The position numbers and the translations under genes were made by a program. The notes below the pieces were generated by a model, which worked only from the letters and a program-made list of their open reading frames with translations, was not told where the DNA came from and ran no database searches. Source: Phycisphaerae bacterium (GTDB lineage: Bacteria > Planctomycetota > Phycisphaerae > Phycisphaerales > SM1A02). From it: DNA of 64,000 bases. Numbering within the stretch: position 1 is the first letter of the stretch; each line of letters begins with the position of its first letter. This document shows, piece by piece, positions 46,943 through 56,915 of the stretch. The stretch covers positions 2,169 through 66,168 of the forward strand of contig PBMX01000010.1 in assembly GCA_002722935.1 (NCBI GenBank), in the 5' to 3' direction.

Positions 46943-48433
46943 TCAGCTGGTGGCGGGCGCGATGGATGGCAGCACCCTGTGCCCGATGTCGCGTCGCCAG
47001 AATGCTCCGGCGAACTGGACGCTTTCGCAGGCCGTGTTCGCCGCATCGCGTGCCGAGGCGAGGTCGGTTCCCAGGGCCGTGACACCAAGGACTCGTCCTC
47101 CGGCGGTACGGACGGCTCCATCCTCGCCCAGATCCGTGCCGGCATGGAAGATCAGCACATCATCCCGTCCTTCGAAGGCATCGAGCCCCGAGATCTCGAA
47201 TCCATGTTCGCAGGCGCCCGGATATCCCTTGGAACACATCACGACGCAGCAGGCTGATTCCTCGGCGAAGCTGAACTGGACCTCGTGGAGGCGGCCCGTT
47301 GCGGTCGCCCACAGGACCTCGACCATGTCACCCCTGAAGCGTGCCATGAGCGGCTGGCATTCCGGGTCGCCGAAGCGGCAGTTGAACTCGAGCACCTTCG
47401 GTCCCGCTGGGGTCAACATCAGTCCCGCGTAGAGGACGCCTCGATACTCGATGCCGTCGCGGCGAAGCGCATCGATTGTCGGAAGCATGATGTCCTGCTC
47501 GATCCGTTCCAGCAGGTCCAGTTCCAGGAGGGGAGTGGGGCAGTAGGCGCCCATGCCGCCGGTGTTCGGGCCGGTATCTCCCTCGCCGACCTGCTTGTGA
47601 TCCTGGCATGGATCGAGAATCCAGATCGTCTGTCCGTCCACCAGTGCCAGGACGCTCAGTTCCTGCCCCTCGAGGAACTCCTCGATCAGCAGGGAGGCTC
47701 CGGCATCACCGAAGGCCCGGTCATCCATGATGTGATCGATCGCTTCGAGAGTTTCCATTGCGTTGGAGCAGATGATCACGCCCTTGCCCGCGGCAAGTCC
47801 GGCCGCCTTGACGACGCACCGTTCATCATGGGCTTCCAGGAGGGACTGGATCGGTTCCGAGAGCTTCGGAAAGGGAACGGCCCCCCGGTCGTCGTTGGAT
47901 GCGAGGAATTTCCGGAGAGCGCCTGCGTCCTCCTCGAGCCCCGCAGCGGCGAGTTCATCGTCGATGCCCCTGAGTGCGTATCTCCTCGCCGAATTGGCAT
48001 CCGTGAATGTCCGGGTGTCCGCGGTCGGAACGGAGGCCTGCCGCATGATCTCCTTGGCAAAGGCCTTGTCGGCTTCGAGTTGGGCGGCCGCCCGGCAGGG
48101 ACCGAAGACGGCGCAACCGACTTCCTCGAGGGCGTCGACGATTCCCTCGGCCAGGGGTCCTTCCGGACCGACGACGACCAGGTGGATCGACTCGCGTTCA
48201 CACCACCGCTGGAGTTGAAAGATGTTCGAGGTGTCCCAGCCGTGTGGACACGCTTCGCCCAGTGCGTTGAGTCCGGCGTTGGAAGCGTGCGTAAGCCAGA
48301 GTCGACCGAGTTTCGGAGACTGCTTCATCGCCCATGCAAGCGCGTGTTCCCGTCCGCCTCCGCCAACAAGCAGAACGTTGCACGTGTCCGGGCATGATCC
48401 ATCTGGCCTGGGCATCCGTGCAGTGTACCTCAT
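46943..48433 (-). CDS. purD: phosphoribosylamine--glycine ligase
   Basis: LLVGGGGREHALAWA, AAGLAAGKGV, DTGPNTGGMGAY, EFNCRFGDPE and GGRVLGVTA. Alternative start at M7 (48415). Carries an insertion of about 49 aa relative to E. coli PurD as recalled. Confidence 0.92.
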   Translation of the reverse strand: MRYTARMPRPDGSCPDTCNVLLVGGGGREHALAWAMKQSPKLGRLWLTHASNAGLNALGEACPHGWDTSNIFQLQRWCERESIHLVVVGPEGPLAEGIVDALEEVGCAVFGPCRAAAQLEADKAFAKEIMRQASVPTADTRTFTDANSARRYALRGIDDELAAAGLEEDAGALRKFLASNDDRGAVPFPKLSEPIQSLLEAHDERCVVKAAGLAAGKGVIICSNAMETLEAIDHIMDDRAFGDAGASLLIEEFLEGQELSVLALVDGQTIWILDPCQDHKQVGEGDTGPNTGGMGAYCPTPLLELDLLERIEQDIMLPTIDALRRDGIEYRGVLYAGLMLTPAGPKVLEFNCRFGDPECQPLMARFRGDMVEVLWATATGRLHEVQFSFAEESACCVVMCSKGYPGACEHGFEISGLDAFEGRDDVLIFHAGTDLGEDGAVRTAGGRVLGVTALGTDLASARDAANTACESVQFAGAFWRRDIGHRVLPSIAPATS

Positions 48434-48460
48434 CGATCTGCATGATCGAGAGGTGGGATC

Positions 48461-50551
<2,091 letters not shown>

Positions 50552-50590
50552 CGCGGGTGGTCCGTCCTGCCCCGGCAGGCGGTGCCCGGG

Positions 50591-50974
50591 CTAGTCAAGC
50601 GGGTACTTCTCATCGTAGGCAGCCTGGTCGAGCAGGCTGTCCATGTCACCGCTGCCATCGTGCCGAATCCTGATGAGCCATCCCTCGCCGAAGGGATCAC
50701 TGTTGAGCAGCGCTGGATTCGAAACAGCGGCTTCGTTCGTTTCGACGATTTCTCCCCCGAGCGGTGAATAGACGTCGCTGGTGGTCTTGACCGACTCGAC
50801 TTCACCGACGGCATCGCCCACGGCGATGGTCGTGCCTACGCCCTGCATCTCGACCCACGTGATGTCGGTCAGTTCATTGGCTGCATACTGGGTGATTCCG
50901 ATGGTGATGAGGTCGTCATCGATCCGGAACCACTCGTGGGAATCAGTGAAACGACAGTCTGCGGGGCTTGGCAT
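50591..50974 (-). CDS. gcvH: glycine cleavage system protein H
   Basis: FTDSHEWFRIDDDLITIGITQYA and the lipoyl-Lys motif GEVESVKTTSDVYSP. Confidence 0.92.
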   Translation of the reverse strand: MPSPADCRFTDSHEWFRIDDDLITIGITQYAANELTDITWVEMQGVGTTIAVGDAVGEVESVKTTSDVYSPLGGEIVETNEAAVSNPALLNSDPFGEGWLIRIRHDGSGDMDSLLDQAAYDEKYPLD

Positions 50975-51104
50975 GTCTCTGGGTCTCCTGGTCCGGTGCC
51001 ACATCCTGGGACCGATCTATCGAGGCCATGGTAGCGTCCGGAGGCAGGAAACGTGATCCCTCAGGGTCCCGCATATGCGGCTACACTCTCCACCTGTTCG
51101 AACC

Positions 51105-51899
51105 ATGTCCCTCCTCCTGACCTTGTCGACCGCCTCGTTGCAGGCCCTGCTGGACCCCAAGGCCGATCCGCCCCGGACCTTGATGGATGTCCCTGATTAC
51201 ACCATCAATACGCTGCAGTTGCGTGGCCTGAACATCAATGCCTCGCAGTTGTCGGGATGGGGTCTCGAGGACCTCGACGCTCTCCGTGACAGGGCGGACA
51301 AGGCGGCCTGCCCCTGTCTGGTTCTCTTCGAGGAGACCCCTCTGGCCTTCGGACATGATGACGAGGCTGAATACGACGCCGTGACGCAGCGAGTGAAGCG
51401 CCTGGCGACGGCAGCGAATCGACTCGGCTGCAACTCGGTGACGGTTCGCTGCGATGCCGATGACGATGATGAGCGAATGGAGATGGCGGCCGGTCATTTC
51501 AAGGACCTCATGGCGGCCATCGAGCACCTGGAGTTGAATCTCCTCATCGCGCCCCACGAGGGAATGACGGATGATCCGGACAGGCTCACGGACCTGATCA
51601 AGCAGGTCGGTGGATTCCGGATCGGTGCGATGCCGACCTTCGCCCGCGGGCAGTCCGAGGAAGTGGAACTCGAGCATCTTCGAAAGCTCGCTCCGTACGC
51701 TGGAGCGATCCAGCTGGGTGTCGACGCTTTCAATCGAAACAAGCGGCACAAGGGCCTCGAGTTGTCCGCCGCGATCGACACCATCAGGAAGGTCGGCTAC
51801 GTCAACACGGTGACGATCGACTACGTCGGTGGGGGAGATCCTTCGCGTGACATCGAACTGGCCAGGGCGCAATTGCAGGCGGCGATCGACGAAGAGTGA
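51105..51899 (+). CDS. xylose-isomerase-like TIM-barrel (sugar phosphate isomerase/epimerase family) protein, tentative
   Basis: Product of about 264 aa whose length and alternating pattern suggest the AP_endonuc_2-type barrel. No sharp motif. First gene in a chain of four genes with overlapping start and stop codons. Confidence 0.45.
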   Translation: MSLLLTLSTASLQALLDPKADPPRTLMDVPDYTINTLQLRGLNINASQLSGWGLEDLDALRDRADKAACPCLVLFEETPLAFGHDDEAEYDAVTQRVKRLATAANRLGCNSVTVRCDADDDDERMEMAAGHFKDLMAAIEHLELNLLIAPHEGMTDDPDRLTDLIKQVGGFRIGAMPTFARGQSEEVELEHLRKLAPYAGAIQLGVDAFNRNKRHKGLELSAAIDTIRKVGYVNTVTIDYVGGGDPSRDIELARAQLQAAIDEE

Positions 51900-52603
51900 T
51901 GGGCATGCCATCAAATCGGATCATCACGATTGACGGGCCGGCCGGCAGTGGCAAGAGCACCGTTGCGCACCTCCTCGCCGAGCGACTTGGGATCGATTAC
52001 CTGGATTCGGGGGCGATGTATCGCGCCGCGACCCTCCTGGCACTCAAGCGTGGCATCGACCCGGCCGATGGTGAAACCCTGGCGCCGGTCCTCGAGGAGG
52101 CGACGCTCCGCTTCGACTGGTCCAAGAGTCCGCCACCCCTCTGCCTCGACGGCGAGGACGTATCGACCGCCATTCGCACGATGGAATTCAGCAGCCAGGT
52201 CTCCGAGGTCGCCCGGCAGGGTGTCATCAGGGAGGTGCTGGTTCGGCAGCAGCAGCGGATCGCTTCCGAGCACCCGCACCTGGTGACGGAGGGGCGGGAT
52301 CAGGGTTCGGTCGTCTTCCCTGACGCACTCGTTCATTTCTACCTGCATGCAGATCCCGCCGTGCGGGCACGTCGCCGAGTCGACCAGCTCGCCGGGCAGG
52401 GCATCGAGGTGCAACTCGAGGAGATCACCGCCGATATCGAACGACGCGACCGGATCGATTCCACCAGGACGGTCGGTCCACTGGTTCGCCCCGAGGGCGC
52501 GGTAGACATCGACTCATCCTCGATGAGCATCGAGGAGGTCGTGGACGTGATGGCCGGGGAGGTCGAATCGAAGCTCTCCAGTGAGGAAGGCACGTCGTGC
52601 TGA
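51899..52603 (+). CDS. cmk: cytidylate kinase
   Basis: ITIDGPAGSGKSTVAHLLAERLGIDYLDSGAMYRA. ATG overlaps the upstream TGA (TGATG). Confidence 0.9.
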   Translation: MGMPSNRIITIDGPAGSGKSTVAHLLAERLGIDYLDSGAMYRAATLLALKRGIDPADGETLAPVLEEATLRFDWSKSPPPLCLDGEDVSTAIRTMEFSSQVSEVARQGVIREVLVRQQQRIASEHPHLVTEGRDQGSVVFPDALVHFYLHADPAVRARRRVDQLAGQGIEVQLEEITADIERRDRIDSTRTVGPLVRPEGAVDIDSSSMSIEEVVDVMAGEVESKLSSEEGTSC

Positions 52604-53361
52604 GGTGGCTCCAGTTCAAGCGACGCAGTACTCGACTTCCCTGGTACCACGTGCTGATCTGGTGGACCTTCGTTCCACAGTGGATCTGCAAGCCTGTTCT
52701 CTGGTTCCTCTACAGGACCCGCTGGCTCGGCAGGGAGCATGTCCCACGCACCGGCCCGGCGATGTTCATCGCGAATCACCAGAGCCACTATGACCCGGTC
52801 CTTGTGGGCATCCCACTCGGTGATCGCTGTCCTCGATCACTGGCAAGGAGCACGTTGAAGACAGATTCGCGATTCTGGGGCTGGTTCATCGGCTATGCCT
52901 TCGATTCGATCTGGTTGAAGCAGGGCAAGGGTGATGCGGGTGCGATGAAGGCGGCCCTCAACGAGTTGAAGGAAGGTCGGGTTTCCGTGATCTATCCCGA
53001 GGGTGCCCGAACCCCGGACGGCTCCATCAAGGAGTTCCAGCGTGGCGCCTTTCTCCTGATCAAGCGTGGCATGGCGCCTGTCATCCCCGCGGCCATCGAG
53101 GGAGCACACGACGCCTGGCCGTCCGGCCGTCCCAAGCCGAAGCTTCGTGGACGGATCATGGTCAAGTTCGGGGAACCCATTCCAGCGGATGTCCTCGTCG
53201 AGATGGGGCCGGAGCAGGCCTTGCAGCACGTGCGTGGAATCATCGAGGGAATGCGACTTGAACTGCGGGCGAAGATCCGGAAGGCCTCGGATGGTCGGTA
53301 TCCAGCCGCCGGTCCCGGAGATGATGACTGCAGGCTCGCCGATGGGGGAGCCCAGGCCTGA
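52597..53361 (+). CDS. plsC: 1-acyl-sn-glycerol-3-phosphate acyltransferase
   Basis: FIANHQSHYDP (HX4D) and IYPEGARTPDG motifs. GTG start overlaps the end of cmk. Confidence 0.85.
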   Translation: MLRWLQFKRRSTRLPWYHVLIWWTFVPQWICKPVLWFLYRTRWLGREHVPRTGPAMFIANHQSHYDPVLVGIPLGDRCPRSLARSTLKTDSRFWGWFIGYAFDSIWLKQGKGDAGAMKAALNELKEGRVSVIYPEGARTPDGSIKEFQRGAFLLIKRGMAPVIPAAIEGAHDAWPSGRPKPKLRGRIMVKFGEPIPADVLVEMGPEQALQHVRGIIEGMRLELRAKIRKASDGRYPAAGPGDDDCRLADGGAQA

Positions 53362-55049
53362 TGGAACATGCCTCGACCATGGTGTTCTGGACGGTCCTCG
53401 GTGACATCGTCATCCTGCTGGGTGCCGCGGCCCTGCTCGGGATGCTCTTCGAGCGCATGGGAATGAGCGCCATCATCGGTTCACTCGTCGCAGGTGTTCT
53501 CGTCGGCCCGGGCATATTCAATCTCATCGGAACTCCCGCGGAGATGATGGAACGGGCGGCGGAGATCGGGGTCGCACTGCTCCTGTTCACCATCGGGCTG
53601 GAGATGTCGAGAAAGCGACTGCTTGCCTTCGGCCTGCAGGGCGTGAAGGCGGGCATCCTGCAGGTGTCGGCGACGATGGGCGCGAGCATGCTGATCATCA
53701 TCGCCTGGGGCCTCGACTGGCGCGCCTCCATCGCGGTCGGTGCCATGGTGGCCCTGAGTTCAACGGCCTCGGTTGCCCGCGTGCTGACGGATCGCAGTGA
53801 ACTGGATTCGGAACATGGACGAATCTCCATGGCCGTCCTGATCGTCCAGGACCTGGCCATCGTGCCCCTGATGCTGGTCGTGAGTTTCCTGGGTGAACGA
53901 AGCGAAATGACGGGCCTGGCCGACCAGATCAGTGGCACGGCGATGGGGCTGGTCGTCTTCATCGGGGCCTTCGTCCTGGCTGGATTGCTCCTGCTGCCTC
54001 GTCTCTTCGGATCGACCGCGAGAACGGGGAACCACGACCTGCCCGTCGTCCTGGCGCTGGTGACGTGCCTGCTTGCATGCTGGGTCGCATGGAGGCTGGG
54101 GCTCTCGCCGGCCCTGGGAGCCTTCGTTGCGGGTCTCGTCCTGGCGGATTCGCCCTTCGCCAAGCAGATTCGATCGGATGTCGTCGCCTTCAAGGCGGTA
54201 TTCCTGACGTTGTTCTTCGCATCCATCGGCATGCTTGCCGACATTCCATGGTTGTTGACCGGCACGAACCTCCTGTTTGTCCTGGGCATCTCGATGGCCA
54301 TCGTCGTCGGAAAGTTGATCATGACGGGGGCCGTGGTGCGCATGCTCGGGGTCTCGCCGAGGACGTCGATCGGAACCGGGCTCAGCCTTGCGCAGATCGG
54401 GGAGTTCTCCTTCGTCATCGGGGCGGTCGCCGTCGGCAATGCGTTGATATCGCATGACGTCTTCCAGGTGCTGACCTCGGCCTCGCTGATCACCCTGCTG
54501 CTGGTTCCCTTCCTCGCCGGTCGTGCGCGGGACCTCTCCGCGACACTGGAACGAGTGCTCCTGCGGATCGGCCTGGTTCGCCATGCAGCGGTTGATCCTC
54601 CCAATGCGGAGGATCTGCACGGTCATGTCATCGTCGTGGGGGCGGGGCCTGCGGGGCAGGGTGTCATACGCAGTCTTCGCGAGCGAGGTCTTGAACCCCT
54701 GGTGATCGAGCTGAATCCCAGCACGGTCCAGACCCTGCGCACGTGGGACCTGCGAGCGATCCTCGGGAACGCCACGAGGCCCGACATTCTTCTCCATGCA
54801 GGCGTTTCTTCGGCGAGGGCGGTCATCGTCACCCTGCCGGATACGCATACCTCGGTACTGGTGATCGAGCAGGTGAGAAATCTGGCCGCGCACATCCAGA
54901 TCATCGCGAGAGCCCGGTACAACATTCACGTCGGGCTGCTTGAGGATGCCGGGGCGAACATGATCGTGAACGAAGAGGACCGGGTGGGCGACGCCATGGG
55001 CGTCATCGCGATCGAGGGCCTCGAGAGCACGACCAGCGAGTCACCCTGA
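53361..55049 (+). CDS. CPA2-family cation:proton antiporter with C-terminal RCK/TrkA domain (Kef-type)
   Basis: About 12 hydrophobic spans followed by a Rossmann motif HVIVVGAGPAGQGVIRSL and a TrkA-C-like end. ATG overlaps the plsC stop (TGATG). Confidence 0.85.
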   Translation: MEHASTMVFWTVLGDIVILLGAAALLGMLFERMGMSAIIGSLVAGVLVGPGIFNLIGTPAEMMERAAEIGVALLLFTIGLEMSRKRLLAFGLQGVKAGILQVSATMGASMLIIIAWGLDWRASIAVGAMVALSSTASVARVLTDRSELDSEHGRISMAVLIVQDLAIVPLMLVVSFLGERSEMTGLADQISGTAMGLVVFIGAFVLAGLLLLPRLFGSTARTGNHDLPVVLALVTCLLACWVAWRLGLSPALGAFVAGLVLADSPFAKQIRSDVVAFKAVFLTLFFASIGMLADIPWLLTGTNLLFVLGISMAIVVGKLIMTGAVVRMLGVSPRTSIGTGLSLAQIGEFSFVIGAVAVGNALISHDVFQVLTSASLITLLLVPFLAGRARDLSATLERVLLRIGLVRHAAVDPPNAEDLHGHVIVVGAGPAGQGVIRSLRERGLEPLVIELNPSTVQTLRTWDLRAILGNATRPDILLHAGVSSARAVIVTLPDTHTSVLVIEQVRNLAAHIQIIARARYNIHVGLLEDAGANMIVNEEDRVGDAMGVIAIEGLESTTSESP

Positions 55050-55082
55050 GTCGATCCGCTGCACCCGCACGGGGGTGCAACG

Positions 55083-56585
55083 ATGATTCGAACCATCGAC
55101 AGTTTCCTGCTGGATGGAATACACGCCCAGCGATGTCGGGTGGAAGTGGATGTATCGGGTTCTTCCCGGCCGACAACGACGATCGTCGGGCTGCCGGACT
55201 CGGCTGTTCGAGAATCGATCGAACGTGTACGAACAGCCATCGTCAACTCGGGTCATGAGTTTCCTCTGGGGCGAATCACGATCAATCTATCGCCCGCTGA
55301 CCAGCGCAAGGAAGGACCAGTCTACGATCTCCCGATCGCGTTGGCCCTGCTTGCGGCAACCGGCGTGTTGACTCCAGAAGGCGCGAGGGCTTCACTGCAG
55401 TGCCTCGCGGCGGGGGAACTGGCTCTTGATGGATCTCTCAGGCCGGTGCGAGGCATCGTGGGGCTTGGGATTCTTGCACGAAGGCTGAAGCGACCCGAGG
55501 TCATCGTGCCCGTGGAGAACGCGGGGGAAATCGCGATCATCGACGGTATCCGTGCTCTCCCTGCCCGTTCACTTGGACAGGTCATCCTGCACCTGAACAG
55601 GATTGAACTTCTCCCGGCCGCAAGTCCATCCCGTACCTCGGGTGAGAACCGGGGGCGTGCGGTGCATGGACTCGGTGACATCAAGGGCCAGGAAGGAGCG
55701 AAGCGGGCGTTGATCGTGGCTGCGGCGGGATGGCATCATCTCCTTCTCCTGGGACCGCCTGGGTGTGGGAAAACGCTCATGGCCCGTGCACTGCCGGGAC
55801 TGCTTCCGAGCCTTGAGCCCGAGGCATGCCTTGAGTTGATGCAGATCGAATCCTGTGCGGGCCTGCCCCTTCATGGCGATGGAATGGCACGGCAACGGCC
55901 GGTTCGCAGCCCGCATCACACGGCATCGTCGCCGGCGATCGTCGGTGGAGGATCTCATCCCAGGCCGGGTGAAGCCAGCCTTGCGCATCACGGGGTGCTG
56001 TTTCTCGATGAACTTCCGGAGTTCGATCGACGTGTACTCGAGACGCTGCGCCAACCGCTGGAAGATCACGTCGTCACCATCGCTCGTGTAAAGGGAACAC
56101 TGACCTTTCCTGCGAAGTTCCTGCTCGTCGCTGCCGCCAATCCCTCCCGGTCAGGTCAGGGATGCAGGTGGGAGCATGGGTACATGTCTCGTCTCTCGCG
56201 ACCGTTGCTCGATCGGATCGATCTGCAGGTTGAAGTCCAGCCAGTTCCCATACGTCGTCTCCGCGAAGACTCCGGAGAGGGTCTCTCGACCCGGGAAGCC
56301 GCGGAACTGGTTGCAGGGGCCAACCGTATCCAGCGTCAACGGCAGGGCATTGTCCCCAACAGCATGCTTGCTGGTGACGAGTTGGACAGGCATGCCTTGA
56401 TGACGAGTGAAGCCGACGCCTTCATGGATGAGGCAGCCGAGGAACTGGGTCTGAGCGCGCGGGGGTGGAACTCCATCCGTCGCATCGCGAGAACCACGGC
56501 GGATCTTGCAACAAGGGATCGCATCGAGTTGGAGGACGTCATCGAGGCGGTCGGGTACAGGGCACTCGACGCGGGGATGTCCTGA
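55083..56585 (+). CDS. YifB/ComM-family Mg-chelatase-like AAA+ ATPase
   Basis: Lon-like N-terminal domain (VYDLPIALALLAA), Walker A LLLGPPGCGKT, GVLFLDELPEF and LLDRIDLQVEV. Confidence 0.9.
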   Translation: MIRTIDSFLLDGIHAQRCRVEVDVSGSSRPTTTIVGLPDSAVRESIERVRTAIVNSGHEFPLGRITINLSPADQRKEGPVYDLPIALALLAATGVLTPEGARASLQCLAAGELALDGSLRPVRGIVGLGILARRLKRPEVIVPVENAGEIAIIDGIRALPARSLGQVILHLNRIELLPAASPSRTSGENRGRAVHGLGDIKGQEGAKRALIVAAAGWHHLLLLGPPGCGKTLMARALPGLLPSLEPEACLELMQIESCAGLPLHGDGMARQRPVRSPHHTASSPAIVGGGSHPRPGEASLAHHGVLFLDELPEFDRRVLETLRQPLEDHVVTIARVKGTLTFPAKFLLVAAANPSRSGQGCRWEHGYMSRLSRPLLDRIDLQVEVQPVPIRRLREDSGEGLSTREAAELVAGANRIQRQRQGIVPNSMLAGDELDRHALMTSEADAFMDEAAEELGLSARGWNSIRRIARTTADLATRDRIELEDVIEAVGYRALDAGMS

Positions 56586-56588
56586 GGT

Positions 56589-56843
56589 TCAGTCGTTCTC
56601 GAGGGGGTTCTCGTAGGCGACCCCGTCTTCGCGGTCCTGCTTGTCCTGGCCGGAGCCGATGACGGCACCAGTACCTGCACCAATGGCACCACCGACGCCT
56701 GCGCCGACGGGGCCACCAATGAGGGCTCCGGCACCGGCACCCGCAGCACCACCCATGAGGGCGTCATCCGCGGTATGGCTGCCGCAGCCGGCAACGAGGA
56801 ACAGGGAACTGGAAAGGACGAGCGTTGTGCTCAGGCGATTCAT
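56589..56843 (-). CDS. glycine-zipper lipoprotein
   Basis: Lipobox LFLVAGC followed by GGAAGAGAGALIGGPVGAGVGGAIGAGTGAVIG. Confidence 0.7.
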   Translation of the reverse strand: MNRLSTTLVLSSSLFLVAGCGSHTADDALMGGAAGAGAGALIGGPVGAGVGGAIGAGTGAVIGSGQDKQDREDGVAYENPLEND

Positions 56844-56915
56844 GGTGGGACTCCTCTTCTCAAAGGGGTGTGTTGTGTACCAAGGTGCAGTCTATAGCTC
56901 TTGAGGACGGGCGTG

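Noticed and set aside
50975-51104. Possible glycine riboswitch upstream of gcvH.
   Set aside because: The divergent intergenic region is only about 130 nt. I could not find the conserved glycine-aptamer core elements (GGAGAG…CACCG…-type strings).
53240-54604. 454-aa reverse ORF, and the 389-aa reverse ORF at 53760-54929.
   Set aside because: Both are antisense to the clearly supported Kef-type antiporter gene. Their products are Arg/Ser/Thr/Pro-rich with no motifs.
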